A DNA stretch of 64,000 nucleotides, taken from NCBI GenBank assembly GCA_963716135.1, contig OY970289.1:4047744-4111743 (forward strand), given 5' to 3'. Below the pieces are notes generated by a model, which saw nothing but the letters and a program-made list of their open reading frames with translations, had not been told where the DNA came from and searched no databases. Position numbers and translations under genes: made by a program. Numbering within the stretch: position 1 is the stretch's first letter; the number at the start of each line of letters is the position of its first letter. Below are positions 31,496 to 42,881 of the stretch, one piece after another. Source of the DNA: Pirellulales bacterium. Lineage in GTDB: Bacteria > Planctomycetota > Planctomycetia > Pirellulales > JADZDJ01.

Positions 31496-33284
31496 CTACG
31501 GACCCGGCCGGGCGCCGATTCGCTCTTGTGGGTTGCTGCGATACAGCGGCAGATAGCGGTAATACACCTCCAGGCACAGGGCCGACATCGCGGTGCTGTA
31601 CACTCGCCCGCCGTACCCGCCCCAGATGCACTCAGGATCCCAACTGCCGGCGGCCTCCCCGTCGGTGCGCTGGCGCGGCACCAACGTGTTCTGCATCGCC
31701 TGGTTCCAGCGATCCCAATACGGCCCTTGAAGTTGATACATGCCCAGCGTGGCATAGTACCAGTAGTACAAATTGATTTTGCTCGAGCCGGGCAATTCTT
31801 CCAGCACAAAATTGGCGGCTTCATCGGCGGCGGGATTCGTGCGCGGCATCCCCAGGAATTCGCGGCACACTAGCGCCTCGGCCGTCATGGTGCGCGTCGC
31901 TCGCTCGCCGGGACGGTAACTCGCCTTGCCACCGCTGGGGCCGGAGGAAACTCGAGTCAGAAATCGTGCCACGCCCTCGCGGGCCGCCGGCGGAACATCG
32001 ATGCCCGCCATTTCGGCGCTTTTCAGCGACATCCATTGCCAGCCGAGTTGGCTGGTGTCCCCTTGTTCGCCGGGCGATTCGATCTGCCGGTAGCGCCAAC
32101 CGCCGGTGGCTTTGATCTGCCCGCCCAACGTGTAGTTGATCGCTGCTTTGGCGGGACCTTCCAGGCGTTTGTCGCCGCTCACGGCGTACGCTTCGCACAG
32201 CGCGAACGTGGCCATCCCGTGACAATACATATAGGCGTAGGTTTCGGCCTGGCCGGCCAGATTCCCGTCGCTGCCTTGGCTGGCAATCAGAAACTCCAAT
32301 CCGCGCCGCACATTTTTCGCGTAGTCGCCGTGCTGATGCGTGTTGCCGGCGCCCAGAAACGCCAACAGAGCCAGACCGGTCATGGCGGTGTCGGCTCTGG
32401 CGCCGGCGCCTTGGCGATTCTGACCCAGCGCGGCGGTTTCGTGACCCGCGCCGTAGCGATCGGCATCCCAACGCCCATCGGCGCTTTGATTGTCCGCCAG
32501 CCATTGCAGCGCGTTTTGCACAGCCGCTTCCGATTCGGCGCTGCCGCCGCGGCGGCGAACCAGCTCGGCGCGATCGGCGGCGAAGCGATCCGCATAAGCA
32601 TCCGGCACGCCGCGCGAGGCAATCGGCGCGGACGCGACTTCAACCATCGGTTGCGATTCGGCGGCGCCGTCTCGCATTGGCGTCCGCAGACGGCGCTTTT
32701 TCCGTGTTGGCAACATCGCCCGACATCCATTGGCTATCGTTGCTCGTCTCCGCTGGCTCGGGAATTTTGGCGACTGGCACTTCCGCATTATTGGACGGCT
32801 GCGACTCATCCGGTTTTTCGGCTGCTATTTCAGTTTTGGCCGTCACCTCTGTGGGCGGCGGGGCAGGGGGTTCCACGGGCGGAGCAGTCAAAAGCGGCGG
32901 AGGGATTTTCGGAGCCGCTTGTGAAAGTGGTTCATGCGGCGACTCGCCAGGCGGTTGCGCTCCGTCGATCACGCCAAGGCCCGGTTGACTGGAAGCATCG
33001 TCGGAAACGATCGCCGACGGATCGTCGCTGCCATCCTCGGCGCCATCGACCAGCGTCACGTTGATGTTGTGGGAATATCCGCCGGTCCCGGTGACGATTT
33101 CTACTGTCGTCGCATAGCACAACAACAGCAGGTGGGCCAAAAGCGACAATCCCGCGCATTTGCGCAGCGGATGCGATTGTCCCCAACTGGTGCGAATCAT
33201 CACGCCCAGCGTAATGATCAGCGCCGCCAGGCCCATCCACAGCAAAATCCACGGCAGGTTATGCAGAGTGAAGAAGCGGTGCAT
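31496..33284 (-). CDS. membrane-anchored prenyltransferase/squalene-oxidase-repeat (terpenoid cyclase fold) protein, apparent 1-nt frameshift near 32674
   Basis: N-terminal TM helices, a Pro-rich linker (ORF 32640..33284), then repeats such as AVQNALQWLADNQSADGRWD, GLEFLIASQGSDGN and YTLGGQIKATGGWRY (ORF 31496..32809). Confidence 0.7.
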
Positions 33285-33288
33285 GGGC

Positions 33289-33708
33289 CTACCGTTTCTT
33301 GCTGTCGACTTTTACCGATATGGCGACTTCGGTAATCCCGGCCTGGCGGCAAGCGTCGTACACGTCGGTCATGCGACCGTGCAGCGCGTTCCGGTCGCCG
33401 CGCACCAGCACACATTGTTTCTGATATTGCTTGCGCGCCTCGGTCAATTGACGGACCAATTCATCCATGCTCACCGGTTGCTTGCCCAACAGAATGTGGC
33501 CGTCGGGCAGCACGCTGACGACTTTCGGCGAAGGCGCCGCGGCCAGCGCGCCGTGACTGCTCACCGTCGGCACCTGCAGGTCGATCGCCTTTTCGACGTC
33601 GGTGAACCGCGCCGCCACCAAAAAGAAGATGACCAATGTCAAAATGACGTCGATCATCGGCGTCAAATTGAGCGTCGGTTCCTCGGGTGCGGCAGTTTTG
33701 AGTGGCAT
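33289..33708 (-). CDS. exbD: ExbD/TolR biopolymer transport protein
   Basis: LNLTPMIDVILTLVIFFLV ... signature. 139 aa. Confidence 0.85.
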   Translation of the reverse strand: MPLKTAAPEEPTLNLTPMIDVILTLVIFFLVAARFTDVEKAIDLQVPTVSSHGALAAAPSPKVVSVLPDGHILLGKQPVSMDELVRQLTEARKQYQKQCVLVRGDRNALHGRMTDVYDACRQAGITEVAISVKVDSKKR

Positions 33709-33715
33709 TGATTGC

Positions 33716-34548
33716 TCATGCAGCGGATTTGCGGCTTCGGCGCGACGGACCGGAATCCTGCAGCGCCTCGGCGGAAACCATATTCACCACGTCCTGGCTC
33801 AAATTGTCCAACTGCACCACCAGGCGATCGACGCGGCTAACGAAATACAAATGAGCCACCACAGCGGGAATGGCAACCAAGAGTCCCATCGCCGTGCAAA
33901 ACAAGGCTTCGCTAATGCCCTTGGAAAGCATTTCCATGCGGCCGACCGCTTCGGAAGCGGCCATGTCGCTGAAAGCGCGGATGATGCCAAACACCGTGCC
34001 CAGCAGACCCATCAAAGGACTGATCGTGGCCACGCCGTTGAACACGCGGAGATAACGCCGCAAATCGCCCGCGGCACGCTCGCCGGCGTCGATCACAGCC
34101 TGTTCGACTTCGACGGCGGGGCGGCCCCATTTCGCGCCGCGGCGCCGAAAATCTTCGCCGCCGGGCTGCCGTTTTCCTCGCAAACCTCCATTGCATCATC
34201 GCGGTCGAGCTGTCCATCTTCCAATTGATGCAAAAACCGTTTGACGAATGGGCCGGGAATAACGCGGGCGGTTCGCAGGCTGATGAAGCGTTCAAAGGCG
34301 AACACCAGCAGCACAAACGAGCAAGCGAACAGCGGATACATCATGAGTCCGCCGTCGCGAATGATGCCCAGCAGGCTTTTGTTGGCCATTCCGCCGCCGT
34401 CATTGGCCGCACCAAGATTGGCGGCTGCGCCTGATTCGGCGGCAACGCTTTGCCCCCAGGCGATCTGCGTTGAGATCCCGAACAGAACGATGATCGCCCA
34501 GCCGGCGCACCACCAGGCCCTCGAACGATCGCGGAACAGCTTGCGCAT
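33716..34548 (-). CDS. exbB: MotA/TolQ/ExbB proton channel, apparent 1-nt frameshift near 34134
   Basis: The N-terminal half is in ORF 34093..34548. The C-terminal half (ORF 33716..34183) carries LRVFNGVATISPLMGLLGTVFGII ... GISEALFCTAMGLLVAIPA. The join gives ...KIFGAAAPKWGRPAVEVEQAV... Confidence 0.85.
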
Positions 34549-34585
34549 CAGTACTTCCTGGAGTGGAGATCGCTAAACCCGACCA

Positions 34586-37500
34586 CTAGCGTCGGGTGGT
34601 GGTTTCTTGCAGCCGTTGGCTGGCATCGGCGGTGAACTCGGTCTGCGGATATTTTTCCATCATGCGGGCGTACAATTCGGCCGCCTCGCGGCTTTGCCCC
34701 AACTTCTCGTAGCACTTGCCGGCTTGCAGCAACGCCGCGGCCTGCCAATGCGGATAGGGATAAAGGATTTCGACGCGCATGTACTCGCGCAAAGCGGAAG
34801 CGTAGTTTTCCTGCTGGAAGTACGAATCGCCGATCATCCACTGGGCCATGGCGGCGGTTTCGGTTTTGCCCCCGGCGGCCGAATGCACCACCCGAGTAAA
34901 CGAGTTGCGGGCCTCATCGAATGCGTTCTCCGCCATTCGGCAGCGGCCGATCAAGCAATCGGCCTCGTACTGCTGATCGAATTCGGGATAGTCGCGGGAA
35001 ATCGTTTCGGCCAGCTCGCGCGCTTCGGGCCAGTGCTTTTGTTGGAACAACATCTGGCGCGGCGCAGCGGCACAATGGCCGTCCAGCGATCGTTGTGGCC
35101 GGTAATGTGCTGGGCCAGTTCATCGAAGCGTTTCGCGGCGGTGTCGAAATCGTCGGTGCGGTAGGCAATTTCCGCAAACCAGAATTCGGCGGCCAGCGCG
35201 AGTTCGCCGCGGGGGAATTCGGCGATCAGCCTTTTCAGCGGCGGCTCGGCATCAGCCCAATGATGTTCCCCGATGGCCATTTGTGCCTGCAGATACAAGG
35301 CGTGCTCCAGCACCGCCGGCGGGCATTCGCCGTTGATGAGCGGCTTGAGCAGCTCCGTCGCCGCGGCGCGATTGCCGTGCTGCGAAGCGCGCTCAGCAAG
35401 CCGATACGTGGCATCGGCCCAGAAGCGGCTGTCGGGATGTTCGCGGTGAATCTGGCGGAAAACCTTGTCCGATTCACTGCCGCGCCCATGTCGCGCAGTG
35501 CCCAGGCCCAGCCGTACAGCGCAGCATCGACTTCCGGACTGTTGGGATATTCGCGGGCCAAACGCTGATACATTTGAATCGCTTCTTCGTCCTCGCCCAA
35601 TCGATCGTGCAGATGCGCGGCGGCGGCCAGCAAGCCGGGTAGTTGCGGCGAGTTGCGGTACCGAGCCAGCGCTTGGCGATACAGGGTGGCGGCGGCTGAA
35701 TCGCGGCCCAAGTGTTCCATGGCCTGACCGCGCGCTAGCGAGGCGCCAGCCGCATTGGGATCGGTCGGATATTTTTCCAGGAACTCCGCGAAAATGCGGT
35801 CGGAGCCTTCGTAGTCGCCCAGCTTTGCGCGGCTCCAGCCGAGCCCAGCCATTGCCTTCGCCTTCATCTCCGGCGAATTGTCTTCCGCTTGTAGCGCCGA
35901 AAATAGATCGGCGGCAGTGTCGAATTTATCGGCCAGATACGCGGCATCGGCAACCTGCAGCGTGATCGCCGCCGTCATTGTGCTGCTGGGATATTTCGCT
36001 CGGAAATCGTCTAGCGCCTTTCGGGCTTCATCCAGCTTATTGATTCGCGCGAAGCAGACGACCAGAGCCGAGCTGGCGCGTTCGGCGCCGACATCTTGCC
36101 GGCCGATGGCCAGATATTTTTGCAGCGGTTCAATGGCTTGTTCGAATTTTCCCGCGGCCACCAGCGACGTGGCCTGCGCCAGAAGCACATTAGCCCGCAG
36201 CGACCGCAATGCCGTGAGATCATCCTTCGAAATGGGATCGATGGCGCCGGGCTCCTCGGGCCGATCGGTGGCGATCGATGCAATCTTGTTGTCGATCGCC
36301 GTGCTCAGATCGCGCAGCGTGGTCATGGCCTCGTCGTTGCGCTTGGCGCCTTGCAGCGCCACGGCCAGCATGTAGCGGTTGGCCAGCGAAGCGGGATCGT
36401 CGGCCGTTTCGTCGACGACTTGCAAGGTGCCGATGGCGCGGCGGAAGTCGCCCGCGCGAATCATGGCTTCGGCCGCCTGAAAGCGGGCCACCGCGGCGCG
36501 GCGACGCTGTTGCTCGTCGAAGACCGCCGCTTTTTGGGCGGGAGTTTTCTCGGCGGCAACGCGCGGTTGAATGGCCGGCTTTTCCGCGGCGACGTCGTTG
36601 TTGATTTCCACGGAGACTTCCGCCTCGGCGTCGCCCGGCGATGTCTCGCCGGCGGCGACCGGTTGACGGGCGGGAGTTGGCTCTTCGGCGCCCGGCTCCC
36701 GGGCCGGCGTCGGTTCTTGCGAGGCCTGCGATTGAGGAGCATCCGGAGTTTGCTTGGCCTGCGCGACGTGTTCCGGACTGGAGCGGCGTGCGGATTGCGC
36801 CGGGGCTTCGCCCGCTGAGGGTGCGTCATACGGCGCGGTTGACATGGCGCCTAAGGGAGCGATTTCCGTCTTGGCGCGGCTCTGCAATGCCGCACTCAAT
36901 GTGTCGGCGGCGGCGTTCCATTGCTTTTGAGCCTTTTGAGCTTCCGCCAGCCAATGTTTCGCTTCCGGGGCCAGGTCTTTGTTCTGCGCAGCTTCCGTCA
37001 ACGCATGTCGTGCGTCGTCGTAACGGCCCAATTGATACAGCGCGTGGCCGCGGCCCAATTGCGCCTGAGTAATCAACGGGCTGTTCGGGAATCGTTGCAC
37101 GACCGCGTCGTACATCTCGTAAGCCTGCTGATTGCGCCCCATGACCGTCGCGTCGTCGCCCAGTTCCAACAGCGCCATTTCGGTCCAGGGACTGTGGTCG
37201 CGCTGGGCGATTTCGCGCAGCAAAGCTGCAGCTTCATCATCCCTTTTTTGCGCCGCCAGCGTGTGGGCCAGGTTCAGGCGGCATTCATCGGCCGAGGGCT
37301 GGTCGGCGAAGCGCGTGATCGATTCACGATAGTATTGCGTGGCGTCGGCTGCGTCCCCCGACTTCATCGCGATGTCGGCCTGATACATCAGCACGATCGA
37401 ATTCAGCTTGTCATCGGGATACAGGACGCGGAACTGCGACAAGCGAACTCGGGCTTCGTCGACCTTGCCGCTTAACAGCGCCGCTTCGCCGGCGCGAAAC

Positions 37501-37934
37501 ATGGCGTGCTTGGCATACGGGCCGCTGGGAGCGTCCGCCAATAGATCGCAGAACACCGGGTAGGCATCCGCGTACCGACCCAATTGCACCAAGGCCTCGC
37601 CGCGGTAGTACATGCCCTTGTTGCGTTTTGGGCTGTACGGATTCTCGCGCACGAACTGGCGGAACGCCTCGGCCGCCGGCGCCCAACGCTGCGCGGAGTA
37701 TTGCTGGGCGGCGGCGTTGAACAGATCGTCCGCCTCGTCCGCAAGCGACGGCCGAGCGACGGCCGCGGCGATCAGCGCAAGCAAACGAAAAGACCACACG
37801 CAATTTGGCGGCGTACATCCTTGTACTTCCTGCCTATTGGCAATCGGGTAGCGGCGGGATTCAATGCGGCGCAGATTTGTAGGCGGGCATGGCCAACGGC
37901 CACGGGTGCCTGCGCCGGCTATCTTGCCATCCAT
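34586..37934 (-). CDS. very large secreted TPR-repeat protein (about 1100 aa), two apparent 1-nt frameshifts near 35487 and 35056
   Basis: TPR units run throughout ORFs 35235..37934, 34951..35313 and 34586..35053. I translated the joins by hand (...ALRDMGRGSESDKVFRQIHREHPDSRFWADATYRLAE... and ...PLRRAQMLFQQKHWPEA...). The exact start is uncertain (signal-like FRLLALIAAAVARPSLA near 37800). Confidence 0.7.
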
Positions 37935-38112
37935 GGCAAAAGCCGAAGGGTGGGTTCGGCTAACGGTTTTATCGGCCCCTGCGCACCAGTTTCAAAAGGT
38001 CGTACTGATAGCAAAACCGGCATCCCATCACTTTGACGTGCTAGCGTGGCCGCATAATCGGAGCGAGAGTTTCAACTCGATCACCCAAGTGAGGGTTTGC
38101 CCGCCGCGCAAC

Positions 38113-38144
38113 AAAAAACCTCCGGCGATTAACCGGAGGTTTTG
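38113..38144 (-). terminator. rho-independent terminator of the 38202..38777 gene
   Basis: The minus strand reads AAAACCTCCGG-TTAATCG-CCGGAGGTTTTTT. Confidence 0.7.
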
Positions 38145-38159
38145 AAAGGCAACCGATTG

Positions 38160-38180
38160 CCGGAGGCCAACAGCCTCCGG
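38160..38180. repeat. REP-like palindrome CCGGAGG-N-CAAC-N-CCTCCGG (copy 1 of 4)
   Basis: CCGGAGGCCAACAGCCTCCGG. Related copies lie at 40259, 40832 and 42882, with similar flanks (..T(A/T)GCC upstream, A/G-rich ..CACGTG.. downstream in two copies). Confidence 0.75.
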
Positions 38181-38201
38181 AAAATGACCACGTGTGTCGC
38201 G

Positions 38202-38777
38202 TTAGTATTCGTTCGACGGGCCGAAGCTCACGTCGCCCACCACGTGGAAGTGCTCGTGGTCGACGTACACCACTTCTTGGGCGTCTTCGTCAACCTTCGT
38301 AAACGGAACTGGCCAGCCCACCCGCGTGATTTCGGTGAAGTACACCGTGCACTTGTAGTGAGCATGGTGGACTTGGGCCGGACCAATCAGCGGATAGAAG
38401 CGCGGCGGATCGACGTAATCCGAGATTTTCACCTTCACAATGCGGCACTTATTCCGCTGGATTTCGTGCAACATCGGCAGGCCGCCCTGAATCGGACGGG
38501 CCTTTTCCAGCGCCCGCATCACTTCGTCGTCGCTGGGCGGATCGATCGCTTCCACCGGGCCGCCGGCGGTGATCGGTCCTAGAATCGGCACCCGCTCATA
38601 ACGCTCGTGGATCCAGAAGCGGTCTTCTTGTTCCTTCTGGACGTACGGGCTCACCGGGATCGGGATCGACAAGAAGCCCAAGTTGGGCCCTTGCGTGGTG
38701 ATCCAAAAGCAGCCGGTGTTGGTGAGCGTGACGCTCGCAGCCAACGCCAACAAACACCAGAAGGAATTGCGTGACAT
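38202..38777 (-). CDS. lipoprotein, conserved hypothetical
   Basis: MSRNSFWCLLALAASVTLTNTGC lipobox. 191 aa. No family recognised. Confidence 0.6.
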   Translation of the reverse strand: MSRNSFWCLLALAASVTLTNTGCFWITTQGPNLGFLSIPIPVSPYVQKEQEDRFWIHERYERVPILGPITAGGPVEAIDPPSDDEVMRALEKARPIQGGLPMLHEIQRNKCRIVKVKISDYVDPPRFYPLIGPAQVHHAHYKCTVYFTEITRVGWPVPFTKVDEDAQEVVYVDHEHFHVVGDVSFGPSNEY

Positions 38778-39048
38778 GCCAAAGGCTCCTCGAACGAATC
38801 GGTGGCGCACGAAATCGCCAGAGTTGTTATCGAGTGAAGCTGGGCTGAACTTGCGGATTTTTCCTGATATGCGGAAAAATCGGGCGACCCAGGTGAAGCC
38901 GCTAGCACTCAACTCTCGCCTCTCATCCCTTGCCTCTCGTCTCGCGGCCCTCAAAGCAAAAACCCCTGCCGATGCTTGCACATCGACAGGGGCCGGAGAT
39001 GTTCGACGTGCTGTTTTTAGCCCGCCAAATGTTTTTCGTGATCCGCGA

Positions 39049-39960
39049 TTAGTGCGAATCCTTGAAGTCCAAGAACCACCAGCCGTCGTCCCATTCCAAC
39101 GTCACCTTCCGCCAGCCCAACGGCACTTGCGGATAGGGATAGAACGGGCCGATGTACGGCCAGGCGGTCGGCGAATACTGCTTCGGATACGTGACCGCCG
39201 CGTAGTTCGGATACGAAGCGTAGCTCGGCCACGCATAACCCGGCATCTGCGGATGATCGTAGCGATACGGCGCCGCGGCCCCCGGACCGGTCGGCACATA
39301 CGCCGGCATCGGTTTGGGAGTGCCAATCATTTCACCCTGACCACCAGGACCACCGGGACCCATCGCACCCATCGGGGCAGGCGGACCGCCGTGTTGCATC
39401 GCAACCGATTGATACGGCACATGCGAGCTGGCGCCCATCGGCAGCGGCATCGGCGGACCCGATTGACCCGGCGCAACGATGTTGGGCTCGTCCAACTGAG
39501 CCGGCGGACCGGCGACCATCAGGTCGCTCTTGGCCTGGTCGGGAATGTCCATCATGCCGGCCTGCATGATCGGATTGCGGCGCGAAGTCAGTGCGTTCAC
39601 CGGCGTCTTGACCGCGGCATCCCCGTTCCGAGAAACGTTCTCAGGCTGATGCAGTCCGCTGGACGATTTTCCGCCGGCTTTCGCCGTGGCGATGGTGAGG
39701 TTGTTCACCACGCGATCGATTCCGTCGGTCTGCTGGGCGATCGACAGGGCGGTCACCATCTGTTCCTGGTTGGCCACCGTGCCATTGAGCCAGGCCGTGC
39801 CGTCTTCGACCTTCACGCCCACACTATAGCCCTTCATCTTGCCGCTAGTGCGGAGGTTGCTGGCGATTTGCTGCGCGGTTTCCTGGTTGTCGGCCCAAGC
39901 TCCGCCGGGCGCGCACATCACCAGGCCAAGCGCTGCGGCAATGCAAAACAAACGTCGCAT
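39049..39960 (-). CDS. secreted BON-domain protein with Pro/Gly/Met-rich linker and aromatic C-terminal domain
   Basis: Signal MRRLFCIAAALGLVMCAPGGAWA. BON-like GYSVGVKVEDGTAWLNGTVANQEQMVTALSIAQQTDGIDRVVNNL. C-terminus YPYPQVPLGWRKVTLEWDDGWWFLDF. Confidence 0.7.
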   Translation of the reverse strand: MRRLFCIAAALGLVMCAPGGAWADNQETAQQIASNLRTSGKMKGYSVGVKVEDGTAWLNGTVANQEQMVTALSIAQQTDGIDRVVNNLTIATAKAGGKSSSGLHQPENVSRNGDAAVKTPVNALTSRRNPIMQAGMMDIPDQAKSDLMVAGPPAQLDEPNIVAPGQSGPPMPLPMGASSHVPYQSVAMQHGGPPAPMGAMGPGGPGGQGEMIGTPKPMPAYVPTGPGAAAPYRYDHPQMPGYAWPSYASYPNYAAVTYPKQYSPTAWPYIGPFYPYPQVPLGWRKVTLEWDDGWWFLDFKDSH

Positions 39961-40258
39961 GATTCCCCTCCTGTGTAATCGCATGCTCGGCGATCGCGGC
40001 GCTCGTCGGGAGTTGGCTGATCTGCCGGAGCGGATCCGCCTCAGAATGCAGCCGGCCAGTCGCAAAAAACTGAGACTCGCTGGCCGCGCTATCCCCGCGC
40101 AACCTCGACGCCCGAGGTATCTCACTGACTATAGGTGTCGGTTGCGGATTATGCCGAAGGGGAGTTTTTTTTCGATTTTGCCGGAAGTGGCGATTCTGCC
40201 GAGCCAGCACCGATAGCAATCGATGCATGCAATGATGTCGCTAGAATCTCCCCAATAG

Positions 40259-40279
40259 CCGGAGGGCAACGCCCTCCGG
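40259..40279. repeat. REP-like palindrome (copy 2)
   Basis: CCGGAGGGCAACGCCCTCCGG, immediately 3' of the stop of the minus-strand gene 40305..40583. Confidence 0.75.
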
Positions 40280-40304
40280 AGCACTACCACGTGTTGTGCG
40301 CGGC

Positions 40305-40583
40305 CTAAATCGTCACCGGCCGGCTGGCGTGATCAAAATCGCTGATCGCCAGCAGAATCATCCCGCAAAAGCTGGTAGCAGACAGCATCCAGCAGGTGCT
40401 GCCCATGACCCACGCCATCGACGTCGAGATGCCGACAGCAACCAGGGCCAGGACAAAGAAGCCATGGCACAAAGTCTGGTGCCGGCTGCGGATGCTCAAT
40501 CGAGCTAGCATTCCGCCGATCCAACCGACCATCTGCACCAGGGCAAACAGAAAAATCGCCGCCGTGGGACACAAATCCGCCAT
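40305..40583 (-). CDS. small 3-TM membrane protein
   Basis: MADLCPTAAIFLFALVQMVGWIGGMLA... 92 aa, three hydrophobic helices. Confidence 0.45.
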   Translation of the reverse strand: MADLCPTAAIFLFALVQMVGWIGGMLARLSIRSRHQTLCHGFFVLALVAVGISTSMAWVMGSTCWMLSATSFCGMILLAISDFDHASRPVTI

Positions 40584-40831
40584 CGCGTCACGCTCCCCGG
40601 ATCCTTCCGGTGTGTGAGTACACTGCGGTCCAGCATCCATGCCGGGCCTGGCGACGGCATAAAGCGATTCGCGTGCCAAGAAAGGCCGCGATCAGCGCAC
40701 TCGGCGGTGCGCGCACTCATTTGCTCGATATGCCCCGAGAATTTCGCCGATTTTTTTTCGCGCAATAGCGCGCCAGCGGCCCAGCGCACGCCGCCGGCTT
40801 TGCAAATTCTACAACCGGCAAAGTCCAATAG

Positions 40832-40852
40832 CCGGAGGGCAACCCCTTCCGG
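40832..40852. repeat. REP-like palindrome (copy 3, one mismatch)
   Basis: CCGGAGGGCAACCCCTTCCGG, just 3' of the stop of 40872..42821. Confidence 0.7.
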
Positions 40853-40871
40853 AGCCGCCAGGCAGGATGTT

Positions 40872-42821
40872 CTACCGATCCCGCCCACCGCCATCGCTGT
40901 GCGCCGTGCTAGCGGGCTTCAACCGCGACTTCAATTCCGTCTCGAGGTCCGTGATGTGAATGTTGCGGTTCACCACTTTCCCCTTGTCGTCGACCAGAAT
41001 CATGGTGGGCAACGTGAGAATGCCCATCTCGTTGGCCAACCGGCTATCCAATCCGCCCGTCTCGTACAACTGCGGCCAGGGCAGCCGGTTCTTGGTCAAA
41101 TAGTCGCTCAAATCGGCGAAGTTGTTGTCCAGGCTCACGCCGATCAGCGTGAAACCGTTCTTGCCGTACCGGGCATACATTTCTTTCAGCTGTGCCAGAT
41201 CGACTTTGGACGGTTCGCACCACGTGGCCCAATAGTCGATCAGCACGTATTTGCCGCGATACTTCGAAATATCTTCGACCTGGCCCAGCGTGTTTTTCGC
41301 GCGCAACTGCATCGGCTGACCGACGCTGTCCAGCCGCGTGATGGCGCCGCGGGCCTTCACCGCCGCCGAGCTGCCGCCGAAATCCGAAACCAACTGGCCG
41401 TACCACTTCTTGGCCTTCTCTTCCTGGCCGGCGAACTCTTGTGCCAAGCCAAGCTGCAGCAGGGCTTCGGCCGTATCGTTAGCCTTGGGAAAATCCTTGA
41501 CGAACTGTTCAAGATTTTCCAGCCATTCGGCTTGCACTTTCACAAAATCGATCTCGTGCTTTTGCAGCTTCGAGCCATAGTCGGCTTGCAAATAGCGATA
41601 TTTCACCGTCGGCGCCAAAGCCGCGTCGGCGGGATTGGCAGCCAATTTCTCGGCCAATGCCTTCAGCTTTTCCACGCCGGCCGGATAGGCGCCGGTCTGA
41701 GCGGCCGCACTGATGGCGTCGGCGAATTGCTTGATCCACTGCGGGCGATCTTTTTCCCCGATTTCGTCGGCGATTTGCAACATCAACTCCGCGCGGCGAT
41801 CGTTCAGTTTTGCCTGCTCGGCTTCGTTGGTGGCACGGCCCACGGCTTCGTCGAGCTTCGATAGCTCGTCCATCATCTTCTGCACTTGCTCGTTCGGATT
41901 GCCTTCTGCGGCGGTGGCGGTCGAAGATTCCGGACGAGTGGTCGTGTTGAAGAAGAAGCCGTCGGAATCGGCGATTTTCTCGGCCGATTCAGGAATCGAC
42001 GGGGCGTCGATCACTCGCCACGTGTCGCCCAATTTGACCAGCGTGCCAATCTGCACCTGGGCATCTTTGCCCTCGGTTTCGATCATCGCCAGCACGTTTT
42101 CATAGACCGTGATGTCCTTGCCGGCCGCATCGCCGGTGGGAACCAGGCCGGGCTTCGTGCCGCCGAAATGCACCCAATTCGTTTTGGGGCCAATGGCTTT
42201 TTGTTTGCGCACCACGTCGGCGAAACCGTCGGGCGCGGCCGTGATTTTGTCGTTGAGCTGCTTCGCTTTGGCGGCGCTCAGGCCTAGCGATTTGGCTTCG
42301 GCCGGCGTCAGCAGCACGCGGGCGAAGCGGGCGGGATCTTTGTCGCGGATTGCCAGCACTACTTCGGCGGTCACTTCCTCCGGCGAAATCGCCTTCCAAG
42401 AATCGACCTTACCGTCCTCCGCCTTATCAAGTCCCCACCGCGTGCCGGCCGTGTTTAGCCAGCGCGACTGATCGGCCTTGCCGTTGTAGTTCGAATCGAT
42501 GTCGCGGTACACTTCGATGCCATCCTTGAAATAGCTCCAGCGATCGACCACGTTGTCGCCGTTGGTGTCGACGAATTCACGCAGAATTTGCCCGTGCGGA
42601 TTGCGCACGACCCAACCCGTTTGGCCGTCCACTTTCTCCGCCTTGATGGTGCATTTCACGGCATCGGCAGAGCTGGGAATCTCGTAATCGACGTCTTTTT
42701 GGATGGGGGCGAGCTTCAGCGCCTGTTCGACGCTGGGCGCGGCGGCCTTGGCAAATGCCGGTAGAAAGCAGACGGAGGTGGCGACGGCCAATATTTGCAG
42801 TCGGCGAAGCGTGTGGGTCAT
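40872..42821 (-). CDS. secreted TlpA/thioredoxin-like protein with long N-terminal extension; active site WCEPS (CxxS)
   Basis: Signal MTHTLRRLQILAVATSVCFLPAFAKA. Calcium-binding-like VDTNGDNVVDRW...DSNYNGKAD. The C-terminal GKYVLIDYWATWCEPSKVDLAQLKEMYARYGKNGFTLIGVSLD is a thioredoxin fold. Confidence 0.75.
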   Translation of the reverse strand: MTHTLRRLQILAVATSVCFLPAFAKAAAPSVEQALKLAPIQKDVDYEIPSSADAVKCTIKAEKVDGQTGWVVRNPHGQILREFVDTNGDNVVDRWSYFKDGIEVYRDIDSNYNGKADQSRWLNTAGTRWGLDKAEDGKVDSWKAISPEEVTAEVVLAIRDKDPARFARVLLTPAEAKSLGLSAAKAKQLNDKITAAPDGFADVVRKQKAIGPKTNWVHFGGTKPGLVPTGDAAGKDITVYENVLAMIETEGKDAQVQIGTLVKLGDTWRVIDAPSIPESAEKIADSDGFFFNTTTRPESSTATAAEGNPNEQVQKMMDELSKLDEAVGRATNEAEQAKLNDRRAELMLQIADEIGEKDRPQWIKQFADAISAAAQTGAYPAGVEKLKALAEKLAANPADAALAPTVKYRYLQADYGSKLQKHEIDFVKVQAEWLENLEQFVKDFPKANDTAEALLQLGLAQEFAGQEEKAKKWYGQLVSDFGGSSAAVKARGAITRLDSVGQPMQLRAKNTLGQVEDISKYRGKYVLIDYWATWCEPSKVDLAQLKEMYARYGKNGFTLIGVSLDNNFADLSDYLTKNRLPWPQLYETGGLDSRLANEMGILTLPTMILVDDKGKVVNRNIHITDLETELKSRLKPASTAHSDGGGRDR

Positions 42822-42881
42822 CGGTACGATCCTCGTATAGCGATTAGCAGTTAGTTTGTAGGGGACTTTCACACCAACTAG

